A stretch of DNA of 63,803 nt, filler included, from Reticulomyxa filosa (GCA_000512085.1; 12 parts of 12 records of this genome joined end to end with filler, not necessarily neighbours in it), one strand, 5' to 3'; shown: positions 37,746 through 51,338, counted from the whole stretch's first letter. Translations and numbers: made by a program. The notes: generated by a model not told the origin, from the letters alone.

Positions 37746-38432
37746 TTTAGTTATGGCGGTTTTTTTGCAATATACTGTATTTAAATATATTTACAGTTCA
37801 CAAACAACAAATGTTCAAGACAAAAATATAAAAACATAAATGAAGAAGAAACAACACAAGTTCCAAGCAAATGAGAAGTTGTGCCAACAGCAAAAGATTC
37901 ATCACTACATTTGGAATATGTATTAAAAACAATAGAATACAGGAATTAGAAAAAAATAGAATAAAATTTTTTTTCTTTCATGTATTTATTTCTTGTCTAA
38001 TTATTTTTGTTTGTGACTTGCTTATTGGTGTCGTCATGCAGGCAAAGGAGAATATATGTAATATAAACCATCAGTGGAGTGCTGCGTGTTATTTTGTATT
38101 TTCATCAGTTTTAAATAAATGTCGAATTTTCAATTGTGATAATTTTTATTTTCTTTTTCAAAAACTTAATTTCAATCAAAAATTTTGCTTTATTTGTCAA
38201 AATATAAGCGTTAGCCGTTCGTACAATATTTTTCTCAGGAATAAAAAAGAAAATTGGTAGCAATTAACTGGCATTTTTGGATGTGTAATGGAACAATGAA
38301 TACTGTTTTAAAAAAATTCAGAAACAATATAAGATGTTCCAGGTTTCCACGTGAAAAAAAAACAAGCTTTTTTTCGTTGTTTCGCGTTTACGTAAAAGAA
38401 GGGTTCTCTCAAAAAAAAAAATTGAAGAAGGA

Positions 38433-39071
38433 AATGGAAACATATCGCAAACGCTCCGAGGAGCGGGAGGAAATAAATGAAGGACTGCACAAACAAATGG
38501 AAGTGGACACACGTAAAAGTAGTGAAAAAGACGTGAGAAAGCAGTTGGATCAACTGCAAGAAATGGACCTTCTCTTGCGAGAACAATATGACCAAAGCCA
38601 TTCCCAAGTTCAACATCAATTTGCATGGCTACTTCAACAAATGCAATTGCAATTGGATTCTCAAGCAATGAGTGATGGCGACGCGGTGATTGGGAAGACA
38701 TTGTCTCTGCCCTCGAATCGCGAGACGTCATCATCGGTACAAGCCGTTAAGTCCACGATCGAGGCATATGAACACGAGAGCAGTTGCAAAGGCGTTGAGC
38801 CAAGTGCAGCATACGACGAACATGAATACAATGAAGACGAAGGCATATTGGGAGAGATAACAGAGACGAGACAAACGTGGAAGAAGAACGACGAGCAAAT
38901 GAGCAAATTCCAAGCATGCATGCGTGAGCTGGAGGTTTTGATGAGCAGTCAATCCAACACAGACAAGTCGAATAAAACTACCATTGAAAAGGTTTTGGAA
39001 AATGCGATTCATCATTGGTCGCAATTGCAATTGCAATCACTACAACTGTCAAGGTGAGCACAGTAATAATA

Positions 39072-39119
<48 letters not shown>

Positions 39120-41005
39120 TATTATTATTATTATTATTATTGTAATTGTAAATTGTTGTTGTGATGATGTTTGTTATATTGTAGTTGGCAGTGTCGAGAC
39201 TCAGAGGGGTCGAGGAAGAAGAAAGACCCATGGACACAACACATTGCGGAATGGAGTCAACACATTGCCATTTCTCAAAATGAACTTGCTCAGCATCAAC
39301 AAAAAATTGACCAATTGTTTACGAAGTTTGTTGCTTTGTGTGTTTTTTGATTGTTATTTGTGATCACTGTCGATCAAATCTATCAAATCCATCATATATG
39401 TTATATGTGTGGATATGTGTGGGGGGGGGGGGCTCACAAAGCAAATGGGAGGTACTGTTGTCAATTGAACACACGCTATTGAACGAAACGTCGATTAGCA
39501 AAACTCAACTGGACTACTTGCGGGTACAACTAAAGCATGCGCAGACGCACGCGGAAGGGCTCAACGCCACTGTCACCACCGCCGAAAACAAGTTGGAAAA
39601 AACCACGGAAAAGTTGGAGTCTTGCATTCAAAGCAATCACAAATTGAAATATCAACTCAGAACATCGCAATTGCAGAATGATACAGTTTTTGTTTGTTTG
39701 GTTTTTATTTTTTATTTTTTAATGCGAATTTGGTACATATGTCTAAGTCACAATTGAGTGTGTGTGTGTGTGTGTCTCTGCCAACATAGCTGAAATCAAT
39801 GATCGAAGAGCAAAAAGAGGAAATGAAAAACCTCGAAAAGGTCATTGACACTTTGAAAGGCAAGACTGAACGCGTCACGTCCCCGAAACAGAGGTAAGCC
39901 CCTTTTGCTGCAAAGCAAAAAAATATGTCTGTTAAGATGTGCATGTACACAATACCATTGACGAATAGTGCGTTTGTCGAATCCGAACTCATGACAATGC
40001 TGAAAAGTAGAAATATGGCATTGGAAACGAAATGCGCAAAGTTGGAAGAGAAGTTGATGCGGCTGAAGAGCGAAGTGGTAAAACTGTTGAAAGACAAAAC
40101 GACATTGATGGACCGACTCGAAAGTATGAGTCAATCTGCTGACGCCAAAGTGGCACAATTCCACCATCTGCAGCAAAGTATCACCGAAGCACAGCAAAGG
40201 GAGTACGCCTTGCAACTTCAAGTTTTTACAATGTATTTTTTTTTTTTTTTTTTTTAACCAATGCAAAATGACAATCTAAATAAAAAGACATATTGTATTG
40301 ACACAATATACACATATACATTTATACACATATGTATACAATAGTTGAACGAAGCTCAAATGGAAACCAAAAAGTCTCGACAGATGGCAGAATCCTTGAA
40401 AAGAAAAAAAAGGTAGATCATGAAATGGAGAGAAATGCAATCGATTCATTTCCACAAGAAGACGAGGACAAAGCTCAATTCCACATCAACACCACCCCTG
40501 CTCTTGTATCGAAGAACGATTCCGCACGAGTGAAAAACAGGTGTCAATCTTAGAGAAATGAAACAAAGATAATCACTCTCTTTCAAACAAACAAAAAAAT
40601 AACATATACATATACACATATATACATTTATATATGTATATTATATGTATATTATATATATATATTTTTTTTTTTTTTTTTTTTTTTTTTGTGTATATGA
40701 CAAGTGATGCCGAATTGAAAGAATTGTCAAAAGCAAACGCCGCGAAAGAAGAGAAGCTGAAGAAACTAAAAAAAAAGAACGACGAATTGACGGAGAGTTA
40801 TCTTGTAATTTCCAAAAAGTACGATGTTTTGAAAAGCCATTTTGATAATGTGACCAAAAGTCGATTAGAGGTAATGGAGCAACTCAAATCCGAAGCGCAA
40901 CGGGCCGATGCACAATGCAGCAAATTACAAGCATTGGAGACACAACTCAAAGAATTGGAAACTCAAAAAGCTGATTTGGAAAAGTTTTTTTTTTTTTTTT
41001 TTTAA
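38433..41005 (+). CDS. Long coiled-coil protein, multi-exon, 3' truncated
   Basis: Heptad-rich E/K/Q/L exons (38433-39053 and further exons to about 40983) separated by microsatellite-rich introns. Confidence 0.6.
39064..39141. repeat. Intronic (AAT)n immediately followed by (ATT)n microsatellite
   Basis: Visible directly; the two tracts are reverse complements. Confidence 0.9.
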
Positions 41006-41072
41006 CACATGACATGTTGCAATACATATTTATTTTATATGTCAATGTGCACATTTTTTTTCTTTTTTTTTT

Positions 41073-41172
41073 NNNNNNNNNNNNNNNNNNNNNNNNNNNN
41101 NNNNNNNNNNNNNNNNTTAATTAATTAANNNNNNNNNNNNNNNNNNNNNNNNNNNNNNNNNNNNNNNNNNNN
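41073..41172. other. Artificial contig spacer
   Basis: N-run + TTAATTAATTAA + N-run. Confidence 0.98.
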
Positions 41173-41749
41173 ACACTTTTTTTTTACCAATTGAGTAAGC
41201 AACAATGTGTGGTGACAAAATGGAATTGTACTTTCTACTTTTTCTACTGTAATTTTCAACATAAAAGTTATTAATTTTGCTGATGACATCTCCAATAATA
41301 TTGACTGCTTCGTTAAATGTTAAAATTTCAGATATCTTTGGAAAAAATATGAACATATTAAGTGAAAATAATAATTTTATCAATTACATTATCAAATAAT
41401 GTATGTTTTGTTTAAATTTATTTTTTTTATTCAATTAAATTAATGTTAGTTTATTGAGATTATATATATTAAAATGAATATAATATATTATCAACTAGTA
41501 TCATATAAAGTCCAAATGATGTAGGAGTCGGTCTACTTCATGTAACTCCTTTCATAGAAGGTTTTGCATGAATATATGATCGTTATATATTGAACATGGT
41601 GGTCAATGATATAACAGCAGTTTAATACTTACTTAAGGTTACATTGGTGGCGACTGATGTAATTGGTCGGGGGCTAGCTTGGGTATTAATACTGTTACTA
41701 GTCAGTAATCACGGAGGGGGTATAGATTACAACACCATCATTTTTTTTA

Positions 41750-42200
41750 ATAAATAAAATTATTCGAATATTAGATTTATTATCAGATCAACAAATTCAA
41801 ATATTAGAAGGACATGCTGATAATATAAATTGAATTTAATTTTCAACAAATAGTTCAAAAATATTATCATATTCACTATAATACTATTCGATTATGGAAT
41901 ATGTTGTCCAAAAAGAACTTCAAGTATTAGGAGAACATACACACTTGGTAATAATGCTACAATTTTGCAACCACAGATGAAACGTGATATATTATTCTGA
42001 TAATATAATCCGACTATGGGACTTGTCATCTGGAAAACAAATTCAAGTATTAAAAAAACATTTAAGTCAAATAACTGGTCTGAAATTTTTTTCAAATGAA
42101 CAAAATATTGTCATGCTAATCTGACGTCAATCTTCGTGTATGGGATATATATTTAGAAAAAAATCAAACAGTGGAGATTCAGGTGTCACATGAGACGTAA
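41750..42200 (+). pseudogene. Highly decayed WD40-repeat gene remnant
   Basis: Residual ILEGHADNIN, NTIRLWN and LRVWD motifs across broken frames. Confidence 0.55.
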
Positions 42201-43975
42201 AATTTTAATAAAAAATAATAATAATAAGACAAAGTAAATGTAAATCAAAAAGTACATTATTCTAAGAAAAAATTATGATAAAAGTTTATTCAAGCAAGTA
42301 AATTTACTATTCCTAAAAACTTTTTTGGAATCACAATATAGTAGTAGATTATTTTTTAACAAATATCATTTAAAGCACGCGAATCAAAATCATAATAACT
42401 TTGTTTAGATAATTGATCATTACATAATTCAAAGAATAAAATAATTTCAATGATAAATGTTTAGCAGTAGCAAAATCTTGTGAAAATAACCAAAAGGCAA
42501 TCGAAACAGCTAAATGAACATCCAAACAAATTCATGACACTGGTACCATCTCTGTCACATACAGCCCCAAGAATGGCCGTACACAAATGGCCAAGTACAA
42601 AGAAAAGAGATGCAGGGAGTGTCAATGTACTGAATTCGATCGTAGTATTGCCTCGTGCCCCTTCTGCAACGAGCATCGGCGGCGCAATATGTTCCATTCG
42701 CAATTCAACTTGTTCCACAATTGTTCGGTGCACGACTTGCACAAGTTTGGAAATTCTAAACAAACTCTCAAATGTCAACAACAGCGGTAGCAGTGGTCCC
42801 ACCACTAGCGAAATTGACAGTAAAGGTATTCATAAAATACAGACGTTTAGCATCCAATCGATTTCTGTTCAGTGAATTTTTTTTAAACAAAACAAATTGG
42901 ATATACATAAACACAACATCGACTGACAAACGTAACACAACATTTGGTATTGTTGTGCGATTATGGTGTCCCAAGCGGCAAGGGCACGCAAAAAAAAAAG
43001 CAGAAAAAAATCCAAAAGAAGAAAAAAAAGAGAAAAAACGTGTAAAAGACAAAACTAAGAATAAACAAAGCAAAGTAAAGCTAGCAAAATCAAAAAAAAA
43101 GAAAACAAACATTCAAACAGTACATAAATAAAGTTATTTTGAAGAATGCTGTAATACTTACTTTCCACAAGTGTTAACTTGCACATACACTAAATAATCC
43201 TAAAATTTCAACAACAAGAAAAAATTACTTTTTAATGTCTCTTTTCTTCTTTTTTTTTAAGAAGCAAGGCGCAACTTCATTAGTATTTAGTTTCCAAAAA
43301 ATTAACTTTTGCTATATTTCGTATTTGCTTTATTTTTGTCTTTGCTTCCAGAGTGCATTTATCTAAGATAGATTACCCAACACAAGTACATCCTCCCTTT
43401 TCCTCCTTTTTGTTCGAAAAGAAAAATTGTCGCGGTTAAGTAAGGTTTTTTGGACTTTAGATTTTGTGATATTGTGCTGAAAGACGCCACAACCAATTCT
43501 CAATCAGTACTTGTTTCGATACTATCGGGTTACACGCAATCCAATACACTTTTTTTTACTTTCTCAGCGCATAACAAAATTTTATTACGATTGCCAAATA
43601 CCATTGGTGGACTGATTTCTGTCAATTTCTCTTAATATAAAAAAACAAAATATCCTAAAGCAAATAATGTACTGTTAACTTGAAATATGTTTTGTTGTTT
43701 GATTGAAGGAAAAAATTTACGTATTTAATCTACTTCGAAAGCAAACAAATCAATTAACAATTCAAGTTTTTGTGCAAAATTGAAACTAAATATCAAACAG
43801 GTAAAAAGGTAACATCCAAACATAATATTATTTAAGAGTATTATCTTTTTTATGTGTACTCTTACATTCTATTTTCGTTCCTTTATTTTCTCAATTCAAA
43901 AAATTTCAAGGTTTTTTTTACGTTCAAAGAACCACTTTTTTTCCTGTTGTACATCTTTTCAAAAACAATAACAAC

Positions 43976-46149
43976 ATGAGTGATCAAATTTTTCAACGTT
44001 TGATAGATTTGCCTTTTCTACTTAAGGATTCTCAATGTGTGTTGCATAACGACGAGATTCTCATTTGTGGAGGCTCTGACGAACAACGGTGTTATTCTTA
44101 TCATACGTATACACGCGAGTACAAATATATAACTTCGTATCCATCTAGGGTTAGATTAAATGGACATTGCGTAGTGAAACTAGTAGATAATAACAATAAC
44201 AAAGACAGCAATCAAATTACTTTGTTGTCTTTTGGATCTTGTATGTATGGAATACATAGACATACATTAGTGATGAAATATGTAAGTGTTTGGAATAAAT
44301 CAAAGAAATTAAAGGAACCAGAATTTTGTAATATGTGGCGTCCTTTAATGGAACCAGAGATTTGTAGTTGGCGTCCTTTAGACGACAAGAAAGAAATCAT
44401 CATTGGAACAAATGAAGATTATCAAGGAGTGCGTGCAGTAGTTGGTGGAAGCAACAATCATTTGTTATTTATTACTTATCCAAGAAATAATATCAGCGTG
44501 TTTAATTTAAATATACTTCGATTTATTAAACATGATATCTTACCAGTTTTAAATAATGCTTGTGTACAATATCATTGCTTTGTATTAAAGTCAGAACATG
44601 CACAAGAAATGGTGAAAAAAAAACGAACAAAAACTGAAATGTTGCTGTTTTATCAAAATACAAGATTATTAATTCAATACAATGAATATAAAAAAACTTT
44701 TAAATCTCATCAACTACCTGCTTGTAAGGATATTCCACCCTTCAATAGATGTGCATATGTGCGTATTAATGATATCATCTTGTTCTTTGGTGGATATAAT
44801 TGTGAAGATTTTACGAATAATATTTTTAGCTCAGTATATGGTTATTCAATTCAAAAAAGCACATGGATTAAATTTGAATATACTTTGCCTAGTCCATTGT
44901 ATTGCTGTTTTGGAATATCAAATAAAGACAACACTTATATACACATAATTGGTGGGAGTAATCATAAAAGGACATTATCAACTCATATGAAGACAAAAGT
45001 GAATATATTTAGGGATTCTTTACCGTTGGTAATATTCATTTCACTTTTGTTTTTTTAAATACAAATACAACTAATTTTTATAACAATAAACAGCCAAGAA
45101 ACAGAATAAAATTTGTTATTCAACATTGGATACGAACTTTAAAGATAAAATTAGGATGGATCAATGACTTTAACAAAATTATTATCAAATATGTAAAGCA
45201 GTGTTTTTTTTTTTTTTACATATAAATAACTGATAGTTATGTGATTCACATTTTTAAATAGGTAAGAGGTTTTAAATTGTTGCTAATTTTACAAGCACAT
45301 GAAGATACAGTGAGCAGTGTGGAATTTTCTGCGGATGGTCGCAATATTGTTTCGGCATCATATGATCACACTATTCGAATATGGGACGCTGAATCAGGAA
45401 AACAGCTTCAAATCTTCAGAGGACATACTGATCGAGTATTTGCTGCAAGATTTTCACTAGATGGACGTAATATTGTTTCATGTTCAAATGATGGAACAAT
45501 TCGATTATGGAATCTTAATGCAGAAAATAAAGTTTTACAACCTAAAAGTGATTCCAATAAAATATTGAGTGTAAATTTTTCTCCAGATGGAAAGTATGTC
45601 ATGTCAGGTTCAAAAGATAATACAATAGGACTGTTGGGTGTAGATTCTAAAATAGAAATGAAACAATTTTCTGGACATTCAGAAGATGTATTAAGTACAC
45701 AATTTTCATCAGATGGTAAAATGATTTTATCATCATCAAGTGATAAAACAATTAATTTATGGAATGTAGAATCAGGTAAAATATTAAAACAATTCAAAGG
45801 ACATTTTGATAGCGTAACACGTGCAAGATTTTCTCCAGATGATAAATTTATTGTATCATGTTCATTGGATAATACAATTCGAATATGGAATATTGAAACA
45901 GGAAAAGAATTGAAAATATTGAAAGGACATTCAAAATGTGTGAACGACGTAAAATATTTTCCAGATGGTCAAACGATTGTGTCGTGTTCAAGTGATAATA
46001 CTATTAAATTGTGGAATGTAGGATCAGGAAAGAAAATTCAAACCTTGAAAGAGGATTATCATGCTATTAAATGTATAGATGTTTCTCCAAATGGAAGTAA
46101 AATGGTATCAGGCTCTACCAATTGCAACATCCAAATTTGGGGATATTAA
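43976..46149 (+). CDS. Kelch-like beta-propeller + WD40 propeller protein, 3 exons
   Basis: Exons 43976-45028, 45094-45192 (IQHWIRTLKIKLGWINDF linker) and 45262-46149 splice in frame. Kelch-like ILICGG, ILFFGG, IHIIGG; seven GH..WD/WN repeats. Confidence 0.85.
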
Positions 46150-46559
46150 GATTCACATAAAATAAGATTTTTTGAAGTGAGACAACTAATTAAAACAATT
46201 AAGATTTTATTTGATGTTCTCACAATATTGACTTAATGCTTTATGACTTCACAAAATATAAGGGTTTCCTTTCATTCACACTTTCTGAATGGTTTTTTAA
46301 GTTATAAAGTTTTAAACATGTGAAACTGACTTGTGACAATTGGAAAATTTTTTTCACGAATAATACAAAAGGTTGTTTCTTTTTTTTATGTGAAACAAGT
46401 TTGAAAAACGCTGGAATGTTCTTTCTTTTTGTCTCATATGCGAAAGGGGTTTGGTAATTGATATTATATGCATTTGCAAAAAATCCAAAGTATTCGAATT
46501 AGTTAGAGAGCAAATACCAGAATTATTTGGATATGTCAAAGGCTGTTATTCGTCACATA

Positions 46560-46788
46560 TCCCGCTGTTCCTACCCAACCAATCCATCATCGAATCTTGA
46601 TCTGGAGTCCTCCAAGGTGATCCATTAGAGGGTGCATTATTCGCCATAGTATTGGCTGACGCCTTGAAAACGGCACTCACAGGCTTGAATAATGTTTATC
46701 ATGCCAGCCTATCACGATGGCCTGACACTCACGTCAACATCATCAACATCCCATCATATTAGCTATGACATCATTGGAAGCCCTCAAG
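46560..46788 (+). mobile_element. Non-LTR retrotransposon RT fragment (CRE-like), truncated by contig end
   Basis: IIES*SGVLQGDPLEGALFAIVLADALKTALTGLNNVYHA/AYHDGLTL, RT domains 4-5 with a stop and frameshifts; aligns with 9720-9520(-). Confidence 0.75.
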
Positions 46789-46888
46789 NNNNNNNNNNNN
46801 NNNNNNNNNNNNNNNNNNNNNNNNNNNNNNNNTTAATTAATTAANNNNNNNNNNNNNNNNNNNNNNNNNNNNNNNNNNNNNNNNNNNN
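46789..46888. other. Artificial contig spacer
   Basis: N-run + TTAATTAATTAA + N-run. Confidence 0.98.
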
Positions 46889-46949
46889 TCATTTATAATT
46901 TTGTTTGTTTATTCAAATGAACAAATGATATAAGAATAAAATATATGTA

Positions 46950-48030
46950 TATATGAAAGGAATCAATGGAAATCAAAGTATTGGATAAATCACTCGCTCA
47001 AAGGCCATGATAACAAAGGGAAACATCTGCGTTGTTGATGCGAGGACGGACTGGAAAGGTAAAGTACACTGACCCTTGTGAGCGACGAATCCTGAAATTA
47101 TTGGTATCAAAATGGAACTCATAGAATCCCAATTAACACAATTGGCAAAAAGTCTTTTTACTGGCTTATATTTTAATCATATCATATTGCAGCTTACTTG
47201 GAGCAATCACAAATCCAGCTGCAGCGACATAAGCAAATCCTCAGTCTGCGAAAAACGTCTTTCAGAAAATATTGTGCTCCAATATCGAATTCCTCCTTGA
47301 ATGTGCCCACCTGGTCCTCTTTGAGTTTGTGAAGAAGTTGTACGAAGAGACCAAAATGATGACCGAACAAAAGAATGTGAAAAGCGACACAATGAAGACG
47401 AACCAAAATCCGTCCAAATATATCAAGATGATAATGGAATTTATCCTGATTTGCCATCCAAACATCGTTACATAAGAAATACCCTTTTTTCATGATGACC
47501 GGTCAGTTATAATTGGCACTGCAAAGTATTTGCAAGATCCCTTATAACATGCCTATGAAGAAATTTACAGCAACGAGTTAAACACTTTGTCAAAAATATA
47601 TCATTGTTTTTTTGTCATCACAACGTATACATCTTTTGTTTTGCTTGGAAATGACTAAGATGTGAAAGAGACTAGCACAATGTACAAATACAAAGAATTT
47701 TCGGTATTATTTGCGTTGAATAAGTGAATATTATTGTCATTGGAATATATGCATCTCATTTATGAATCTCATTTCAAAACTCGAGCGTCAGATCACATTG
47801 AGTCACGTATACCGATCCCTATCATATGTTGCGTGGGCTATGACCACTGTGGAGAGAAACTAAAAAAAAGAGAGCGAGTCGATGCACAGAGCAACGCTCC
47901 CGACAAACGTATAAAACGCATGATCTAGATGGACGGAAATGGAAAAAAGAAGAAATATAGATTGAGTTGTTGGCCACTGAAACACGTCCTTGGAATGGCG
48001 TTGATACACTTGATCAAAGACAAAAATACA
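46950..48030 (+). pseudogene. Fragmented coding sequence of unrecognised family
   Basis: Protein-like stretches (FLLECAHLVLFEFVKKLYEE; EYMHLIYESHFKTRASDHIESRIPIPIICCVGYDH) broken by stops and frameshifts. Confidence 0.4.
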
Positions 48031-48619
48031 TATACATATATGTATATATAAAGTGACACAGTTGTCGAGAGGACAGATTGAAAAGAAATTAAAACGCTTG
48101 CCATCTTTCTTCCTCTTTTTCCTCGCAGTGTTCACATGAAACTTTGATCAATGTGTTGAAACACTGTGTTATTTCAAATAAATTGGTTTTGAAAGTTTGG
48201 AGTCTATGTTTAAATATATGTAGTTTGGTTCATATTCCTGATTATACATTGTTTATTTGTTGGTGAAAAAGTTTATAGATACGAGTGCCTCTGGGAAAAT
48301 ATATTGATCACTGGGAAGAATTGATTATGTGTGAATACGAAGAAATAGTGGTGCCTTCAAAAGTATTGGTGAAAGCGAACTGCAGCTTGCATTTGGAGAT
48401 CCCAAATTTCATGAATATTTTTTAAAAAATAGTGATAAAAAAAACCTTTACATAGTTCACATAAACACATGCCACCACAAACACCTAGGCTACAACATAC
48501 AAAAGCAATGTTAAGGACTTAAATATTCTAATGTTTTTCCTTACTTGCTTTGTCAACTGTTTTTTTCAAACTAACTTGAACAACTGTCATTGCAATGAAA
48601 CCTTTGAAGAAATAAAAAA

Positions 48620-49163
48620 AAGTTGAACATGGAAAAAAAAACTTACGTGATATGGCGATATTAACCGGTGGCCAAGTTGTGAGTGAAGATCTTGGACCGA
48701 AAACTGAGGATGTGTAATTGAGTAACTTGGGTCGTTGTGGACGCATAATGATAACAAAAGATGACACGACGATATTGAATGGACCTGGGAAACGTGAGGA
48801 CATTGATGAACGTATATCTCAGCTTCGCACACAAATAGAAGAAACAGACAGTACTTATGAAAAAGAAAATCTGGGTGAGCGCTTGGGAAAAGTAAGCAGT
48901 GGAGTAGCTGTGATTCGAGTAGGAGGAAGTAGTGAAGCCGAAGTCAATGAAAAAAAAGATCGAATAAATGATGCGCTGAATGCCACTAGAGCAGCTGTTG
49001 ATCAAAGTGTTGTGATTGGAGGAGGTATTACCTTATTGTACAGTACCAAAGTATTAGACAGTATTGAATTCGACAATGAAGATCAAAGAGTAGGTATTGA
49101 TATTGTACAAAAAGCAATCCAATTACCAGCTGTTGCAATTATTCGAAATAGTGGTAAAGAAGG
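48620..49163 (+). pseudogene. HSP60/cpn60 (mitochondrial-type chaperonin) internal fragment
   Basis: LRDMAILTGGQVVSEDLG..DV*LSNLG..ITKDDTTILNG..YEKENLGERLGKVSSGVAVIRVGGSSEAEVNEKKDRINDALNATRAAV. In-frame TAA at 48715-48717; no upstream N-terminal half. Confidence 0.85.
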
Positions 49164-49263
49164 NNNNNNNNNNNNNNNNNNNNNNNNNNNNNNNNNNNNN
49201 NNNNNNNTTAATTAATTAANNNNNNNNNNNNNNNNNNNNNNNNNNNNNNNNNNNNNNNNNNNN
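49164..49263. other. Artificial contig spacer
   Basis: N-run + TTAATTAATTAA + N-run. Confidence 0.98.
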
Positions 49264-49780
49264 GATTGGTGGAAATGGATATACAATTTGTTCTGGATCA
49301 GGTGATGGAGCCATTCGATTATGGGACATTGAAACAACCAAACAATTCAATGTATTTAAAGGACATACAAATTATGTGAATAGTGTAAAATATGGACCAG
49401 ATGGATTAGTGAATACAATATTATCTGGATCAGATGAAAGTGTTCGTTTGTGGGATATTCGATCTGGTCAACAAATTCAAGTGTTCAAAGAGCATACAGA
49501 TTATGTGTATGCCGTTGAATATTCACCACTTATAATAAAAAATAGTATTGGCAATTCAAGTGTGATATGTTCTGGGTCATGGGATAATACAATTCGTTTT
49601 TGGGATATTCGATCAAATAAAAATCAATTGTATATTATCAAAGGGGATGACGAAAAAGATGGAGGAATATTTTGTCTCAAATTTATTGTATTGAAAAAGA
49701 AAGAGAATACAAAGAATGTTGCATATGATTTGAATTTGTGTTATGGTTCATACAGTGGTCTCATTCGTATTTGGGGATAA
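49264..49780 (+). CDS. WD40-repeat protein, 3' end (lineage-expanded family)
   Basis: IGGNGYTICSGS, GHT..VNSVKYG, NTIRFWDIRSNK; ends LCYGSYSGLIRIWG. Confidence 0.85.
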
Positions 49781-50612
49781 TTTACTTTTTGTCAAATAAG
49801 AAATGAAAATGTTTTTGTTTGAAAACTTTGATTAAAATAAAAGTAAGAAGATATTAAACTCGTTTAATTTGATTGAACGCAAGCTTTGAAAGATGTGTTC
49901 TATTTTACTTTGTTTTTTAAAAAATTGAAACAGTTGCGTTCAATGATTTTTAAAGAATTCAAAAGCGTAATAACTGAAAATTTATTCAAATATCAAAATA
50001 AATTGCAAGGCATTTCAAGTGCTGTGTTTTTTGTATAATTGAGCTGATTGTATTTGTAGTAATTTATGATATAAATCTTTTCTGTTTCGAAGAACACGGA
50101 ATATTATTTAAAAACTTAAAATATTGTTGCTGTCATTAAATTGTTTCGAAGAATGCGGCGTTAGATATAAGAAAGGCAGACAACAGCTAAACCAATAGTG
50201 AACCATTTTAGGTGGTGCATAAAGACAGTAATAATATTAGTAAATAAATATTTAATAAAAAACCAAAATAATTTTTAAAAAGTACACGATTTGTAGATAT
50301 TTTTTAAAAAATTAGGCTGAATGTTGTTTTTTCATGTAGAAAATCAATCATCTCTATAAGGTGCCGTTTTAATGAAAATATTGTTGGTTTTTTTTATTAG
50401 ATAATTATCTAATGATAAATCATGTTTTTTGAGAAAAAATAGTTGCAAAAGAATAAAATTAAGCTTATCAATAAAAGTTGTGCTAAATAGTATGTTTATT
50501 TTTATTCACAGAAATATTTTTCATGATATAATCTTTTATCATTTATTCCTCATAAAAAATTTGGTTAATGTAAAGCTTAAAAAAGTCGAAATCAAAATAA
50601 ACACTTATCTTT

Positions 50613-51338
50613 TCAGCATCCCCAAACACGAATTAAACCATTGTTTGAACCATAACATAAATTAACATAACTACCATCATTTACTTCATTTTGATTGTTA
50701 TTTACTTTCTTTTTCAATTTTATAAATTTAAGACCTAATATTCCTTCACCTACTTCCATTACATATAATTCTTTCTTATTTGATCGAATATCCCAAAAAC
50801 GAATTGTATCATCCATTGATCCAGAACATATCACATTTGAATTACTATTATCCTTTATTACAAACGGTGAATATGTAACGGTAAACACAGAGTGTGTATG
50901 TCCATTAAACACTTGAATTTGTTTACCGGATTGAATATCCCACAAACGAATACTGTAATCATTTGATCCAGATAATATTGTATTTTTTAATTCATTTGAT
51001 CCATATTTTACACTATTCACATAACCATTATGTCCCTGGAATATATTCAATTGTTTGGCTGTTTCAATATCCCATATTCGAATGGTTTTATCAAATGACC
51101 CAGAACAAATTGTATACCCATTTCCACCAATCACACCAATACTATTACTTTTATTATCATTATTGTTATTATTGCTTTGCAATGGTGAAATGTCGACACA
51201 CCAGACAAACCAGTAATGTCCATTGAAAACATGTAATGATTTTGATGTTTCAACATCCCATAAACGGATAGTATGATCACATGATCCAGAACACAAATAT
51301 CTACCACCATTAAATGGTGAAAATTCAATTTCACAAAC
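50613..51338 (-). CDS. WD40-repeat protein, 3' end (same family, convergent with the previous gene)
   Basis: CSGSCDHTIRLWDVET, IGGNGYTICSGSFDKTIRIWD; ends LCYGSNNGLIRVWGC. Confidence 0.88.
   Translation of the reverse strand, partial: VCEIEFSPFNGGRYLCSGSCDHTIRLWDVETSKSLHVFNGHYWFVWCVDISPLQSNNNNNDNKSNSIGVIGGNGYTICSGSFDKTIRIWDIETAKQLNIFQGHNGYVNSVKYGSNELKNTILSGSNDYSIRLWDIQSGKQIQVFNGHTHSVFTVTYSPFVIKDNSNSNVICSGSMDDTIRFWDIRSNKKELYVMEVGEGILGLKFIKLKKKVNNNQNEVNDGSYVNLCYGSNNGLIRVWGC

Noticed and set aside
42480-42875. Cys-rich stretch (CRECQC..CPFC) resembling a zinc finger
   Set aside because: No consistent frame, splice structure or recognisable family; cannot be supported.
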